A DNA stretch of 64,000 nucleotides from Bacteroidetes bacterium UKL13-3 (GTDB lineage: Bacteria > Bacteroidota > Bacteroidia > UKL13-3): assembly GCA_001602415.1 (NCBI GenBank), contig CP012155.1, positions 1,718,718-1,782,717 of the forward strand, given 5' to 3'. Both the position numbers and the translations under genes were made by a program. Shown here piece after piece: positions 27,967 through 39,169 of this stretch. The first letter of the stretch is position 1. Each line of letters starts with the position of its first letter. Under the pieces are notes generated by a model. The model was given only the letters and a program-made list of their open reading frames with translations, ran no database searches and had not been told where the DNA came from.

Positions 27967-29589
27967 CTACTTCCAAGCATTCGCATTTCGAATATCCGAT
28001 TGTTCGGTTTTAAATTCGGATGTAAAATGGAATTGAATATCGGGATAATTATCCTGCGTCATTTTTAATGCCCACATACTATCGGCTAAAAATACCGGAC
28101 GCCCTTCTTTATCTTCAGCAATATTGTGGCGTTTGATGGTATAGAATTTGTCGAGTGCGGCTTTATTATCTGAAGTAAACCAACACGCTTTTTCATATCC
28201 TAGCGGACGGAAAGCGCAGGATGCGCCATATTCTGCCAATAATCTAAACTGAATTACTTCAAACTGGAGTTCTCCAACAGTACCAATAATTTTAATATTA
28301 CCAGGTTGTTGGGTAAATAGCTGTGCAACACCTTCATCGGTTAACTGTTGGATTCCTTTTTCCAATTGTTTTGTTTTCATTGGATCCTTGTTCACTAGTT
28401 CCTTAAAAATTTCGGGCGAGAAACTTGGAATGCCTTTAAAGTGAATCATTTCACCTTCTGTTAAGGTATCGCCAATTTTAAAGTTTCCGGTATCATATAA
28501 GCCCACCACATCTCCAGGAAATGCTTCATCTACAATACTTTTTTCATTGGCCATAAAACTTGTAGGAGAGGAGAAGCGAAGTTTTTTATCGAGACGTGTG
28601 TGCTGGTAAAATTTATTACGCTCAAACTTACCTGATACGATACGGCAAAAAGCAATTCGATCGCGGTGGTTAGGATCGAGGTTGGCGTGAATTTTAAAGA
28701 TAAACCCACTGAAGTTTTTTTCCGTAGGCAATATTTCACGCTCTTCGGTAACGCGCGGACGAGGCTCTGGAGCAATCTTTACAAACGTATCCAACAGTTC
28801 CTGCACCCCAAAATTATTGATGGCACTTCCAAAAAATACGGGTGCTAAATATCCTTCTAAGTATAATTCTTCGTTGAATGGTTCGTAAACACCTTCAATC
28901 AATTCAACATCTTCACGCAATTTGTTTGCAGGTTTTTCTCCAATATTAGTATCCAACGAACCATCATTCAACTCTTTAATGGCAACAATATCGCTGCTTA
29001 TTTTACTCCTGTTGGGCGAAAATAACTGTAATGTTTTATCGTATAAATTGTATACTCCTTGGAATGTTGAGCCTACTCCAATCGGCCAAGTCATGGGCCG
29101 GGTATGAATGTTTAGTTCTTTTTCAATTTCTTCCAACAAATCATAAGGATCTTGTCCTTCACGGTCGAGTTTATTGATGAACACAATTACCGGAGTATTG
29201 CGCATGCGACACACTTCCATGAGTTTGCGTGTTTGTTCCTCAACACCTTTTACACAGTCAACCACCAAAATCACGCTATCCACTGCCGTTAACGTTCTGT
29301 AAGTGTCTTCCGCAAAATCCTTATGGCCGGGAGTATCAAGGATATTCACTTTATAACCATTGTATTCAAATCCCATTACCGAAGTTGCCACCGAGATTCC
29401 ACGCTGTTTTTCAATCTCCATAAAATCGGAGGTTGCCGACTTACGCACTTTATTGCTTTTAACAGCACCAGCCGATTGAATAGCTCCTCCAAAAAGCAAT
29501 AATTTCTCTGTGAGGGTTGTTTTTCCGGCATCGGGATGACTTATAATACCAAATGTTCTGCGCTTGCGCAATAATTCTTCTTGACTCAT
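27967..29589 (-). CDS. prfC: peptide chain release factor 3
   Basis: GTPase G1-G4 ([18 protein letters not shown]) and strong overall RF3 similarity; 540 aa. Confidence 0.9.
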   Translation of the reverse strand: MSQEELLRKRRTFGIISHPDAGKTTLTEKLLLFGGAIQSAGAVKSNKVRKSATSDFMEIEKQRGISVATSVMGFEYNGYKVNILDTPGHKDFAEDTYRTLTAVDSVILVVDCVKGVEEQTRKLMEVCRMRNTPVIVFINKLDREGQDPYDLLEEIEKELNIHTRPMTWPIGVGSTFQGVYNLYDKTLQLFSPNRSKISSDIVAIKELNDGSLDTNIGEKPANKLREDVELIEGVYEPFNEELYLEGYLAPVFFGSAINNFGVQELLDTFVKIAPEPRPRVTEEREILPTEKNFSGFIFKIHANLDPNHRDRIAFCRIVSGKFERNKFYQHTRLDKKLRFSSPTSFMANEKSIVDEAFPGDVVGLYDTGNFKIGDTLTEGEMIHFKGIPSFSPEIFKELVNKDPMKTKQLEKGIQQLTDEGVAQLFTQQPGNIKIIGTVGELQFEVIQFRLLAEYGASCAFRPLGYEKACWFTSDNKAALDKFYTIKRHNIAEDKEGRPVFLADSMWALKMTQDNYPDIQFHFTSEFKTEQSDIRNANAWK

Positions 29590-29888
29590 ATCTATGTTGA
29601 AACGGCCGCAAAGATAAGGTTTAAGGCGGAGATTTTAATTAACGCAGGAGAAGGAAGTGCAAATGTGCAGATGTGGTGATTTGTTGGTTTGATGATGAGT
29701 GAACAAGAATGATGTGCAGATTTGTAAATGTACAGATTTAGGATATTTGCCTAGGGTGGCTGAAATAATATTCCCGCAGTCAACCGACCCAAATCTCCAA
29801 TTCCAAAATCTGAAATCTCAATTCTTAAATACATCTTCTGTGTGATTATGTTTTTGTTTGTGTACTTTCGGATAAAATTTAACACACT

Positions 29889-30815
29889 ATGATATCAACT
29901 TCTATTGTCGTCCTATTAATTCTTGTTGTTATTGGACTTTCCCTTGTAACTGTTCAGCAAGGAACCATTTCAGTTATCACGATGTTTGGTAAATACCGCA
30001 GGATTTTATACCCGGGTTTGAGTATGAAAATACCGTTTTTGGAAATTGTGTTTAAACGCATTTCCATTCAAAATCGATCCATTGAATTGGATTTTCAGGC
30101 CATCACACAGGATCAAGCCAATGTGTATTTTAAGGCCATGTTATTGTATTCGGTTGTTGATAATAAAGAGGAAACACTCAAAAATGTGGCATTCAAGTTT
30201 GTGAATGATCGTGATTTTATGACAGCCTTAATTCGCACCATTGAAGGATCTATTCGTGGATTTGTAGCTACCAAAAGACAATCAGAAATTTTGGCTTTGC
30301 GAAAAGAAATAGTTGAATCGGTTAAAGAAAGTATTGATCATGGACTAGAAACATGGGGTTATCATTTGCTCGATTTGCAACTTAACGACATCACTTTTGA
30401 TGAAGCCATCACCAAATCAATGGCGCAAGTGGTTGCTTCATCTAACTTAAAAGCCGCTGCTGAAAATGAAGGCCAAGCATTACTTATTACCAAAACAAAA
30501 GCGGCTGAGGCAGAAGGAAACGCCATTAAAATTTCGGCTGAGGCGGAAAAAATTGCCGCACAATTGCGCGGTCAAGGAGTTGCTTTGTTCCGTAAAGAAG
30601 TGGCTATTGGTATGAGTGAAGCTGCTAAGGAAATGCAAACAGCCGATTTAGATGCTTCGTTTTTATTGTTTAGCATGTGGACAGAAGCGGTGAAAAACTT
30701 TGCTGCCGATGGAAACGGAAATGTAATTTTCCTTGATGGGTCGCCTGATGGAATGAACAATACTCTTAAACAAATGATGGCCATGAATGCGAAAGATATG
30801 GCCGGTAAAAAATAA
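29889..30815 (+). CDS. SPFH/band-7 (stomatin/HflC-like) domain protein
   Basis: N-terminal TM, SPFH core, and a C-terminal Ala/Glu/Lys-rich coiled coil. Confidence 0.8.
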   Translation: MISTSIVVLLILVVIGLSLVTVQQGTISVITMFGKYRRILYPGLSMKIPFLEIVFKRISIQNRSIELDFQAITQDQANVYFKAMLLYSVVDNKEETLKNVAFKFVNDRDFMTALIRTIEGSIRGFVATKRQSEILALRKEIVESVKESIDHGLETWGYHLLDLQLNDITFDEAITKSMAQVVASSNLKAAAENEGQALLITKTKAAEAEGNAIKISAEAEKIAAQLRGQGVALFRKEVAIGMSEAAKEMQTADLDASFLLFSMWTEAVKNFAADGNGNVIFLDGSPDGMNNTLKQMMAMNAKDMAGKK

Positions 30816-30832
30816 TAATTACTGACATTATT

Positions 30833-31429
30833 ATGAATATGAAGGTTTTTCTTGTTTTTTTATTGTTAACAGTCCTAAATATTTTGTCGGCATGTTGGTT
30901 AAAATGCCCTACACCTAAAGAGGTATATTACAAGTGGGATAAGCTAACATGCTCTACTTTAATAATGGATTCTTCAAGTGGCATATACGTGGCTGCTCAA
31001 GCTGGTGATTCACTTACACAAGGGAGTGTTTTGTCGTTTCAATTAAACATCTTGAATTCACCTATTGCATTGAAAACAATGCCTTGTCTTTATTTTGGTA
31101 ATGTAGTGTATGCAACAAAAGATTGTGTAGGCGATAACATCAATTATACCAATATCCTTTCTGGTATTGATATAAGGACAACAAAGTCGCTATCGCCAGA
31201 ATATCCCGCAGGGGCCTATGTTAATAATTTATTTTATTTAGTTGGATATACAAATGATGGAGTGCGCAAGCAAATGCCCATTGACAGTTTGAATGAATTT
31301 GGAAATTTGATAATCGTGCATCTAAAACCACAACTAGATTTTGATTCTTTGCTACAATTTACATTTACGGCAAGATTTTCTGACAACACAAAAGTAGATG
31401 CTTTGTCAACACCAATATCCCGAAATTAA
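30833..31429 (+). CDS. hypothetical lipoprotein
   Basis: Signal peptide with lipobox (LNILSAC); no recognisable domain. Confidence 0.5.
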   Translation: MNMKVFLVFLLLTVLNILSACWLKCPTPKEVYYKWDKLTCSTLIMDSSSGIYVAAQAGDSLTQGSVLSFQLNILNSPIALKTMPCLYFGNVVYATKDCVGDNINYTNILSGIDIRTTKSLSPEYPAGAYVNNLFYLVGYTNDGVRKQMPIDSLNEFGNLIIVHLKPQLDFDSLLQFTFTARFSDNTKVDALSTPISRN

Positions 31430-31457
31430 ATAGAGAAAAATACTAGCAATGGTTCAT

Positions 31458-32546
31458 TTAAAATATGCGATAGGTAACTCGTGCATCAACAAATTCAGCT
31501 CTAAAGTCGTGTATTTTGAAGCTAAAACCAAAGCCTACTTTTGGGATTGGATAGTAACTTAATCCCCAACGGTGATACCAATCAGCAATATAAGCAGTAT
31601 GAATATTTTTGGCATACATACCAAATTGTTGGGTAAAAATAACCTTACCCAATAAAAATTCATGTCCAATAAAAACAGCCGGCAGCCAAGGTGTTACAAC
31701 CGTTTTGCCTTTGCGTTTGGCCTCAACAACATACATTTCATCGTATGCCAATTCATATCCTATAGTATAGCCATGCAACAATCCTCTGCGAATAATCTGC
31801 GCAGCAAAACCTGTATTCATAAACCAACGCGCGGTAACGGTATCTCTTTTCGACTTGGTAAAGTAAGGTGTTATGTCCAAATGGTAGGTTGATTTCCTGT
31901 TTCGTTTTGTTGGCAACCATGATGGAGCAGGTTTTTTATGAGGTAATTGATATTCCAAACCTACACCGCTACTTATCCAATTCACGCCACTATTGGGTTT
32001 AATCATGGCTCCATTCGAGAAATGATTGAGTTGAAACATGCAATTTAGTTGCATGTTTTCGGTTAGGTTAAACTTAGTGTGAAAGCCAACTGACGCATAT
32101 AAATTTACGTGAGTAGCATAAGTGAAATTGGTACGATTGGTAACTTCATCATACGGATTGCTATTAAAGGAAAGTCCAAAGGCCGGTGTGAAACACAATT
32201 TTAATTTTTTACCAATAGCCAATGTTGGTTGCAAATAATATCCAGCGGCAACCATATACCCCAAGCGCTGCATATTAAAATCGGTAATATTTAACAGGTA
32301 TCCTCTTTGCAATCGAATATGAAACAAGGAGCAAAAAGCCGAATCGCCAAGGTTTTGACTGTAACGAAGCTGCAACGTTACAGGGCGCGAACTCGCCACA
32401 TTTTGAATAGTTGGAATATGCGCAAATACTCTTCCAAATTGAGCTTCGGCACTCCAACTGTAAGTGTTTTGCGCAGTTAGTGGTTGCGCAATGATTTGCA
32501 ATGCAAATAATAAAATAGAAAAGGTAAAAGTCTTATGTAAAAACAT
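31458..32546 (-). CDS. outer-membrane beta-barrel protein, possibly an acyloxyacyl hydrolase / PagL-like lipid A deacylase
   Basis: Signal peptide; beta-strand-rich protein; HFSNG motif resembling the PagL His/Ser active-site region; C-terminal aromatic residue (F). Confidence 0.4.
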   Translation of the reverse strand: MFLHKTFTFSILLFALQIIAQPLTAQNTYSWSAEAQFGRVFAHIPTIQNVASSRPVTLQLRYSQNLGDSAFCSLFHIRLQRGYLLNITDFNMQRLGYMVAAGYYLQPTLAIGKKLKLCFTPAFGLSFNSNPYDEVTNRTNFTYATHVNLYASVGFHTKFNLTENMQLNCMFQLNHFSNGAMIKPNSGVNWISSGVGLEYQLPHKKPAPSWLPTKRNRKSTYHLDITPYFTKSKRDTVTARWFMNTGFAAQIIRRGLLHGYTIGYELAYDEMYVVEAKRKGKTVVTPWLPAVFIGHEFLLGKVIFTQQFGMYAKNIHTAYIADWYHRWGLSYYPIPKVGFGFSFKIHDFRAEFVDARVTYRIF

Positions 32547-32712
32547 CTTAGCAATAGTAATAAAGCAACTGCTTAATCCAATAATTGCTTTTACGATTAG
32601 TGTTAAAATCTCTACGTAAACAATTGTTGCAGTATGAACGCAACAATTGTAAAAAGCAGAGCAAAGTTTTATTGGCGTATATTTGCGCCCTTATTGTCTA
32701 AAACAACACTAC

Positions 32713-34026
32713 ATGAATTATTCTGATATACTTACCCATTTTAATATTGTTTCGTTAAACGAAATGCAAAAAGCTGCAATAAATGCTGTTGAACAAACAG
32801 ATGATGTAGTGCTTGTTTCGCCCACAGGATCGGGTAAAACATTGGCTTTTTTATTGCCGATACTATCGTTGTTGCGTGATGATGTGAAGGGTGTTCAAGT
32901 ATTAATATTGGTTCCTTCTAGGGAGTTGGCCATTCAAATTGAAAAGGTGTTTAAACAAATGGGAACCGCTTTTAAAGTGAATTCTTGCTATGGCGGGCAT
33001 TCAGTGCGCATTGAAGAGCAGAATTTACAACAACCTCCTGCGGTATTGGTTGGTACTCCTGGAAGAATAGCTCATCATATCGGAACCGAAATATTAAACC
33101 TTGAAGTAACACATACGCTTGTGTTAGATGAATTTGATAAATCGTTAGAGTTTGGTTTTAAAGACGATATGGAATACATCATTCAGCAATGTGTTCAACT
33201 AAAAAAACGCATACTTACATCGGCCACCGCATTAAACGAAATTCCAAGATTTGTTGGGTTGAAAAAGACTACCACCTTAAATTTTACTACTAAAAATGAG
33301 GAGTTAGCATCGTCTCTGGTACAAAAAACAGTAACTGTTGAAGGAGATGATAAGTTAGAGGCCTTGTTGTTGTTGCTTGGAAAAATAAATGCCAAACAAG
33401 CTATTGTATTTTGCAATCATAGAGAAGCAGTAAACCGAATTACGGAACAACTTAGTTTGTTAAAAGTATCGCACGGATATTACCATGGTGGTTTAGAGCA
33501 AATAGACAGGGAAAAAACATTGATTAAATTTCGAAACGGTAGTGCTACCATTTTGGTAACAACTGATTTAGCCGCCAGAGGATTGGACATTCCGGAGGTT
33601 GATGCTGTTATACATTACCAGTTGCCCGCTACCGAAGATGTGATGATTCATCGCAACGGCCGCACAGCTCGAATGAATGCGCATGGAACAGCTTATTTTT
33701 TATTGGATAAGGAAGATTATTTACCCACGTTTGTTTCGGCTAATTTAACTGCTGAAGCGTTACCTGAAAAAATGCAACCTCTAAAACCAAGTGAGTGGCA
33801 AACATTATACATATCGGCAGGTAAGAAAGACAAAGTAAACAAAATGGATATTGTGGGTATGTTATTGCAAAAAGGCCAACTTCAGAAAGAAGAATTAGGT
33901 AAGATTGAAGTTTTGGATAAATCAGCTTACGCAGCGGTTAAGTCATCAAAAATAAAACGTATCCTGCAACTTATTCAGGCCGAAAAAATAAAAAACAAAA
34001 AGGTAAAGATTGAGATTGCTTCTTAG
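32713..34026 (+). CDS. DEAD-box-family RNA helicase with DbpA-like C-terminal RNA-binding domain; degenerate motifs
   Basis: Motif I SPTGSGKT, Ia PSRELA, SAT present. Motif II is DEFD rather than DEAD, and motif VI is HRNGRTAR rather than HRIGRTGR. C-terminal DbpA-like fold. Confidence 0.75.
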   Translation: MNYSDILTHFNIVSLNEMQKAAINAVEQTDDVVLVSPTGSGKTLAFLLPILSLLRDDVKGVQVLILVPSRELAIQIEKVFKQMGTAFKVNSCYGGHSVRIEEQNLQQPPAVLVGTPGRIAHHIGTEILNLEVTHTLVLDEFDKSLEFGFKDDMEYIIQQCVQLKKRILTSATALNEIPRFVGLKKTTTLNFTTKNEELASSLVQKTVTVEGDDKLEALLLLLGKINAKQAIVFCNHREAVNRITEQLSLLKVSHGYYHGGLEQIDREKTLIKFRNGSATILVTTDLAARGLDIPEVDAVIHYQLPATEDVMIHRNGRTARMNAHGTAYFLLDKEDYLPTFVSANLTAEALPEKMQPLKPSEWQTLYISAGKKDKVNKMDIVGMLLQKGQLQKEELGKIEVLDKSAYAAVKSSKIKRILQLIQAEKIKNKKVKIEIAS

Positions 34027-34179
34027 TTTTGTTTTAGCGCTTACTGATGGCTAACTTTAATCATTAGTCAATCATCACTTTTTAGGCTACATTTGCGCCC
34101 AATTGAGGCGGTTTCGCTATACGTTTTAATTCTATAATTCTTTAACAAAACATTGCAGGAATAGCGTCTGCGCCTTTGT

Positions 34180-34635
34180 ATGAAACGTATTGCCGACTCC
34201 CGAAAAATATTTGGTATAACACAAGAAACCAACCTTTCCGATCTTAAAATTATCTATAGAAATTTAGTAAAAGAATGGCATCCAGATAAGTTTAGCGAAA
34301 CAGATGCTCTTCGCCAGGAGGCTGAAAGTAAAAGCCAAGCTATCATTAATGCGTATCACTTTTTGGTAAGTATCTCACCCGAAACACATGCTTTAAATGC
34401 TGAGCGTTATGCTCAAACCACAGCCGATTGTTTAATTGAAGATTTCGTATGGAAAGGTCATGCGCTTAAAATCACATTTCAAGATGGCAGTACTTATGAG
34501 TATTTAGGTGTACCTCATTCATTGTATACTAAACTTATTAATTCAAGTACCCTGGCTCGTTTTGTAAGAAGGCATATTGTTGGTGGATCATTTACCTACC
34601 GCAATATTAGTAAGAATTCAGCTATTAAGTTGTAA
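34180..34635 (+). CDS. J-domain (DnaJ-like, HPD motif) protein fused to a KTSC domain
   Basis: LKIIYRNLVKEWHPDKF J-domain core; C-terminal WKGHALKITFQDGSTYEYLGVPHSLYTKLINS KTSC-like block. Confidence 0.55.
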   Translation: MKRIADSRKIFGITQETNLSDLKIIYRNLVKEWHPDKFSETDALRQEAESKSQAIINAYHFLVSISPETHALNAERYAQTTADCLIEDFVWKGHALKITFQDGSTYEYLGVPHSLYTKLINSSTLARFVRRHIVGGSFTYRNISKNSAIKL

Positions 34636-34696
34636 TAAGGTAACCCTACTTTGTATAAGAAAGTTTCAGTAACTAATAAAGTTATTTATAAAAAAC

Positions 34697-35836
34697 ATGT
34701 CATTCAATTCACTCGGACTTCCAGAAGCAATAATTAGCAAACTCAATGAATATAACTATACCCAAGCCACGTTCATTCAGCAACAAGCTATTCCGGCTGT
34801 TTTAAGTAAGAGAGATGTTTTGGGTATTGATCATACGGGTTCGGGGAAAACGTTGAGTTATGTATTGCCCATATTGTTGAATATGCAGGGATGTAAAGCC
34901 CAAAACCGACATGTAATTACGTTGGTATTGGTTCCCACACGTGAATTAGCGGCTCAAGTTAACGAGGTATTTCAGCAGTTTTGCAATGTTTTGCCCCAAC
35001 GTATTAAAACGCTTGCTGTGTTTGGTGGCGTTTCCATTAATCCGCAAATGATTCAATTACAAGGCGCAGAGGTTTTAGTGGCTACACCTGGAAGGTTGCT
35101 CGAACTTGTTGAACAAAAAGCTGTTCATCTATCCGAAATAAATACCTTGGTATTAGATGAAGCAGATAAAATGCTTAACCTTGGTTTTAGAGATGAAATG
35201 GAACAACTTTTCAGGTTGGTGCCTAAAGTTCGTCAAAATCTATTGTTTTCGGCAACCATGCACGAAGGTGTGGAGGGAATTGCCAAGCAATTATTGCACA
35301 AACCTATTGTGGCCAGCATTGAAAATAGCAATCCTCCCGATACTGATTTGATTAAACAATATGCATATACAGTAACTCCCGATAAAAAAGGTCCGTTGCT
35401 CAGGTATTTAATCAAAACAGGAAATATGCAACAAGTATTGGTTTTTACTTCATCCGTTTATCAGGCAGATAATGTAGCAGATAAGTTACGTAAAAATGGA
35501 ATAGATGCAGATGCTATTCACAGTAAAAAAAGTCAAGGTGCACGTACCGATGTTTTACGTGATTTTAAGAGCGGAAAGTTGCGTGTGTTAGTTGCTACAG
35601 ATTTATTGGCGCGTGGAATTGATATTGAATTTTTGCCTTTTGTAATCAACTACGAATTACCACGTTCGCCCAAGGATTATATACACCGCATTGGCCGAAC
35701 AGGTAGAGCAGAAAACCCTGGAGAAGCCATTTCACTGATAGCTCATGATGAAGAACATCATTTTAGTATTATTCAAAAGAAGATGAAAAAGGTTGTTGAA
35801 GTGAAAGATGGAAATGCCATAAACATCAATGTTTAA
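34697..35836 (+). CDS. DEAD-box ATP-dependent RNA helicase
   Basis: Canonical motifs GSGKT, PTRELA, DEAD, SAT, HRIGRTGRAE. Confidence 0.85.
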   Translation: MSFNSLGLPEAIISKLNEYNYTQATFIQQQAIPAVLSKRDVLGIDHTGSGKTLSYVLPILLNMQGCKAQNRHVITLVLVPTRELAAQVNEVFQQFCNVLPQRIKTLAVFGGVSINPQMIQLQGAEVLVATPGRLLELVEQKAVHLSEINTLVLDEADKMLNLGFRDEMEQLFRLVPKVRQNLLFSATMHEGVEGIAKQLLHKPIVASIENSNPPDTDLIKQYAYTVTPDKKGPLLRYLIKTGNMQQVLVFTSSVYQADNVADKLRKNGIDADAIHSKKSQGARTDVLRDFKSGKLRVLVATDLLARGIDIEFLPFVINYELPRSPKDYIHRIGRTGRAENPGEAISLIAHDEEHHFSIIQKKMKKVVEVKDGNAININV

Positions 35837-35840
35837 TGAG

Positions 35841-36434
35841 TTAATCTTTTAAAATATATCCTTTTTCAAGGCTTTCATTTAAGATACTTTCTGCATATCT
35901 CCACATTGTAATTGATCCTTTTTGGATGTAATTCTTTAAGTTATGTACCTTTTGATACGGAACATTAAATTCTTTCCAAGTTCCGCCATTATTGGAGTGG
36001 TTTTGCATCATAGGAGCCAGTCTATCCATCGATTTTGCAAACTTGGCATCATCAGTTTCTCCAGCTTTAAATTCTTTCCATATCTCAATTAATTGTTGTG
36101 CCTGTTCCTCAGGAAGAAGTCCGAAAATACGATTAGCTGCCAATAACTCTTCATCTGTATTTGAGTGGTTTTTTGTGGTATCGTAGAAAAAAACGTCTCC
36201 CGAATCAATTTCAACTATGTCATGAATCAATACCATTTTAATAACCTTAAGCATATCAATGGGAGCATTTGCGTGTTCGGCCATTACCATAACCATCATA
36301 GCCAAATGCCAGCTATGTTCAGCATCGTTTTCATGCCTATTGCTGTTAAAGATTTTTGTTTTTCGTTGAATATATTTAAGCTTATCAATTTCTTTGATAA
36401 ACTCAAGCTGCTTACTCAGATTTTCGTTGTGCAT
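35841..36434 (-). CDS. HD-domain phosphohydrolase (YfbR-like 5'-deoxynucleotidase family)
   Basis: HD motif (AEHSWHLAMM...LIHDIVEIDSGD). Confidence 0.7.
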   Translation of the reverse strand: MHNENLSKQLEFIKEIDKLKYIQRKTKIFNSNRHENDAEHSWHLAMMVMVMAEHANAPIDMLKVIKMVLIHDIVEIDSGDVFFYDTTKNHSNTDEELLAANRIFGLLPEEQAQQLIEIWKEFKAGETDDAKFAKSMDRLAPMMQNHSNNGGTWKEFNVPYQKVHNLKNYIQKGSITMWRYAESILNESLEKGYILKD

Positions 36435-36545
36435 GAGGCTTCCTTTGTTAGTAAAAAGACAAAAATAACCGCAAATACGTAAATTCGAAAGGTGACTTAT
36501 TCAAAGCGCATTGCCGATAGATACCAGTCGTTCTGTAGCTAAGAA

Positions 36546-37073
36546 TTAATGTTTACGACCACCACCTTTGGGAGCATGATTCTTGTTTCCACCGGGTTGT
36601 CTGCCACTCGGGCGATGTGATGGTGAAGCATGATGCTTAGGTTCACTTTCACCACGTTTGGCATATTTGGGAGAGCGACTATCTCGAATCATATTTTGCG
36701 GATGAGCACCATGTTTGTAGCCTGCATACTGATGCCTGTGATTCTTGAATCCAAGGTAAGCACGAGGTTCATTAATGACTACTTTATAGGTTGAATAATA
36801 ATTTACAGCACCATAGCGCGAAGGTAATGATGCACCGAACATCCACCTTCCTGCATCAAAATAAACAAACTGATGACGAGGAACATCATAATAAACCTCG
36901 TATTCGGGTAAGTAATAATATTCTACATAGTCATATTCTGTTGGGCCCCAAGCCGGTTGCAGATTAATGTTTACTTGTATTTGTGCTTTAAGTGCCAGAG
37001 GTGCTAAAACTGTAGTAATTGCAAATGCAGCCGAGAGTATTTGTCTTTTCAAAAACAATCTCAATAAACCCAT
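36546..37073 (-). CDS. secreted hypothetical protein with Tyr-rich core and basic Gly/His/Pro/Lys-rich C-terminal tail
   Basis: Signal peptide MGLLRLFLKRQILSAAFAITTVLAPLALKAQ; low-complexity tail HHASPSHRPSGRQPGGNKNHAPKGGGRKH; upstream ATG at 37130. Confidence 0.5.
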   Translation of the reverse strand: MGLLRLFLKRQILSAAFAITTVLAPLALKAQIQVNINLQPAWGPTEYDYVEYYYLPEYEVYYDVPRHQFVYFDAGRWMFGASLPSRYGAVNYYSTYKVVINEPRAYLGFKNHRHQYAGYKHGAHPQNMIRDSRSPKYAKRGESEPKHHASPSHRPSGRQPGGNKNHAPKGGGRKH

Positions 37074-37457
37074 AATGTTGTTGTAGTTAAACCTCAAACA
37101 TACTTTTAAGTTGACTGTAGACTGTTGCATAAATAATTACCTTTATTACATAATTCCGATGTTCTGATCTTGTAAATAAGGATTTTATTAGTTATCTCCT
37201 TGAATGAAACTTGGAGCGGTTTTATGAATACTAACAAAGAGATTTGGGTATTTTCTTTAGAAAATCATTTTACCCAATTCGTTTTAAGTCTTAAGTTACT
37301 GCAAGAAAGCAAACCAATAACTCTTTACAGGTAATCCTTTTGTACATTTATTTAAGTACAAGCCATATCCAAGTGGGTTGTTTGGGTTGGTTATTGCAGA
37401 CCAGAAAGGGATATAATAAATCGGCTTGTGTTTGATTCTACCGAAATATACCATAAT

Positions 37458-37482
37458 AAAAAAACACCACCCGAAGGCAGTG
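37458..37482 (-). terminator. rho-independent terminator downstream of the 37579-39027 gene
   Basis: On the minus strand: CACUGCC-UUCG-GGUGGUG hairpin (with G-U pairs) followed by a U7 run. Confidence 0.5.
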
Positions 37483-37578
37483 CTCTTTTATATTTTCGTC
37501 TTTAAGAAGTTTTAATAGTCGAATGTTCGCCATTTCAGCTTATCCATACTTCTTGAATATCTGTTTGTAATTCTCAAA

Positions 37579-39027
37579 TCACTCCGTGATTCCCTTCTCA
37601 ATCATATCTTTAACCTGCTCAATGGAAAGACGTTTAGCGATAATCTTTTTATCTTTGCCCAACAGGTAAACAACAGGCGTGCTATATACATCGTACAATT
37701 TTCTGAAATTAGATTCGTGGTTAGGGTCGTGAACGTTTGTCCAAGGAATTTTTTGGCTACGGATATAATCTTTCCATGTTTTAGGATCAACTGTTAAACT
37801 CACTGCATACACATCTAACTTTTTGGCTGTTTTTACCTTCACGTTTTTATTTTGATCAGCATATAATTCCATCAATTTGGGAATTTCTTCCTTACAACGT
37901 CCGCAGGTAGCATCCCAAAATACAACAACCGTATAATCGGCTTTGATGTTGTATAGCGATTGGTAATTGCTAGCAGTATCGGGTAGGGTAAGGTTGGCGG
38001 CTTTTTTACCCAATAAGTTAAATTCGAGTGTTTTAGCACGGTCAACAATTTTATAACGCAACGTTTCATCCACCCAATAGGTAATGGCTTTGTTGTTGTA
38101 GTATTTTAATGCCATATGCACAAATACAGCATCCATTCCCATAAACTGAGATGTTTCGTAGTAGTTGGTAATCCAGTAAATGCACCATTTAGAAATCTCT
38201 TTTGATTTTAATGCTTTATTAACCACAAAGTCGGCCGCATTGTTAATAGAGTCAGGAATTTGAGGCGTTACTTTTAAAATATAGTTTTGCAATTTGGGGT
38301 GAAAGATGGGGGTGCGCACAATTCGATCGTCACTAAAATCAAAATTGTCAAAGTAATGTTCGCGGTAATAGTTGTATTGAAACATGGAGTCGATACCTCC
38401 ACCCGGCAAGGCTGGCGGATCGGGGATAACAATATCCTGCATCATTTTAAATATTTTGGAAATGAGCATATTGGGGGTTTCGGCAATGGCCTTTTTGCGG
38501 TAATCGCTCACTCTTTCTTCGATTTTACGCAACTCTGCTTTATAGCGACTAGCCGAAGTTGTGTCTTTTAACTCGGTTGCTTCCTTGATTTTTTCTTCCA
38601 GTTTGTAAGCCTCTCGGCCTGCTTTGTTGGTAAACTTTGAGTAGTTAAAGAAGGCGGTATTTTCGGGAGAGTTTTTTACCACCATGTTTCCAATCATATC
38701 TATAGTATCTGTTTCCAGGGTAAACTCCGACTCGCTCAATACAAAATCAAACAGCAACGATTTTTGCGCGTTGGCTAGTAAATAAATACCGCCCTCAATG
38801 GCATCTTTGCCTTTAAAAACAACTTTTCCAGTAGCATCAGTAATAGCACTATCTCGTACATATTGCTTATCTCCATAATAATAACCTAAAAGTACTTTTT
38901 CCTTAGAAAGTCCTGTAATTTTAATAGTAATAGAGTAGCCGTCTTTGGCTTGGGTTTGAAGGGTAAAAAGTGAAATTAAACTCAGAATAACAATGCGAAT
39001 GTTCTTCATAAATATTGATTTGTTCAA
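37579..39027 (-). CDS. exported thioredoxin-like (TlpA/redoxin-type) protein with large N-terminal domain
   Basis: Signal peptide. C-terminal thioredoxin fold with CxxC (WDATCGRCKEE) and the YSTPVVYLL motif. Confidence 0.7.
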   Translation of the reverse strand: MNKSIFMKNIRIVILSLISLFTLQTQAKDGYSITIKITGLSKEKVLLGYYYGDKQYVRDSAITDATGKVVFKGKDAIEGGIYLLANAQKSLLFDFVLSESEFTLETDTIDMIGNMVVKNSPENTAFFNYSKFTNKAGREAYKLEEKIKEATELKDTTSASRYKAELRKIEERVSDYRKKAIAETPNMLISKIFKMMQDIVIPDPPALPGGGIDSMFQYNYYREHYFDNFDFSDDRIVRTPIFHPKLQNYILKVTPQIPDSINNAADFVVNKALKSKEISKWCIYWITNYYETSQFMGMDAVFVHMALKYYNNKAITYWVDETLRYKIVDRAKTLEFNLLGKKAANLTLPDTASNYQSLYNIKADYTVVVFWDATCGRCKEEIPKLMELYADQNKNVKVKTAKKLDVYAVSLTVDPKTWKDYIRSQKIPWTNVHDPNHESNFRKLYDVYSTPVVYLLGKDKKIIAKRLSIEQVKDMIEKGITE

Positions 39028-39169
39028 GGGGTGAAATTAAGCATATTTTTCTATACACAAGTCGGGGGCAAATTCATTAACAAAATTTTAAGTTCTCTAT
39101 GATGAGCATCATGTTAATAAGGTGCTGAGCTGTGCATCTTTGTACAACAAATTAATTCAAACAAATATT

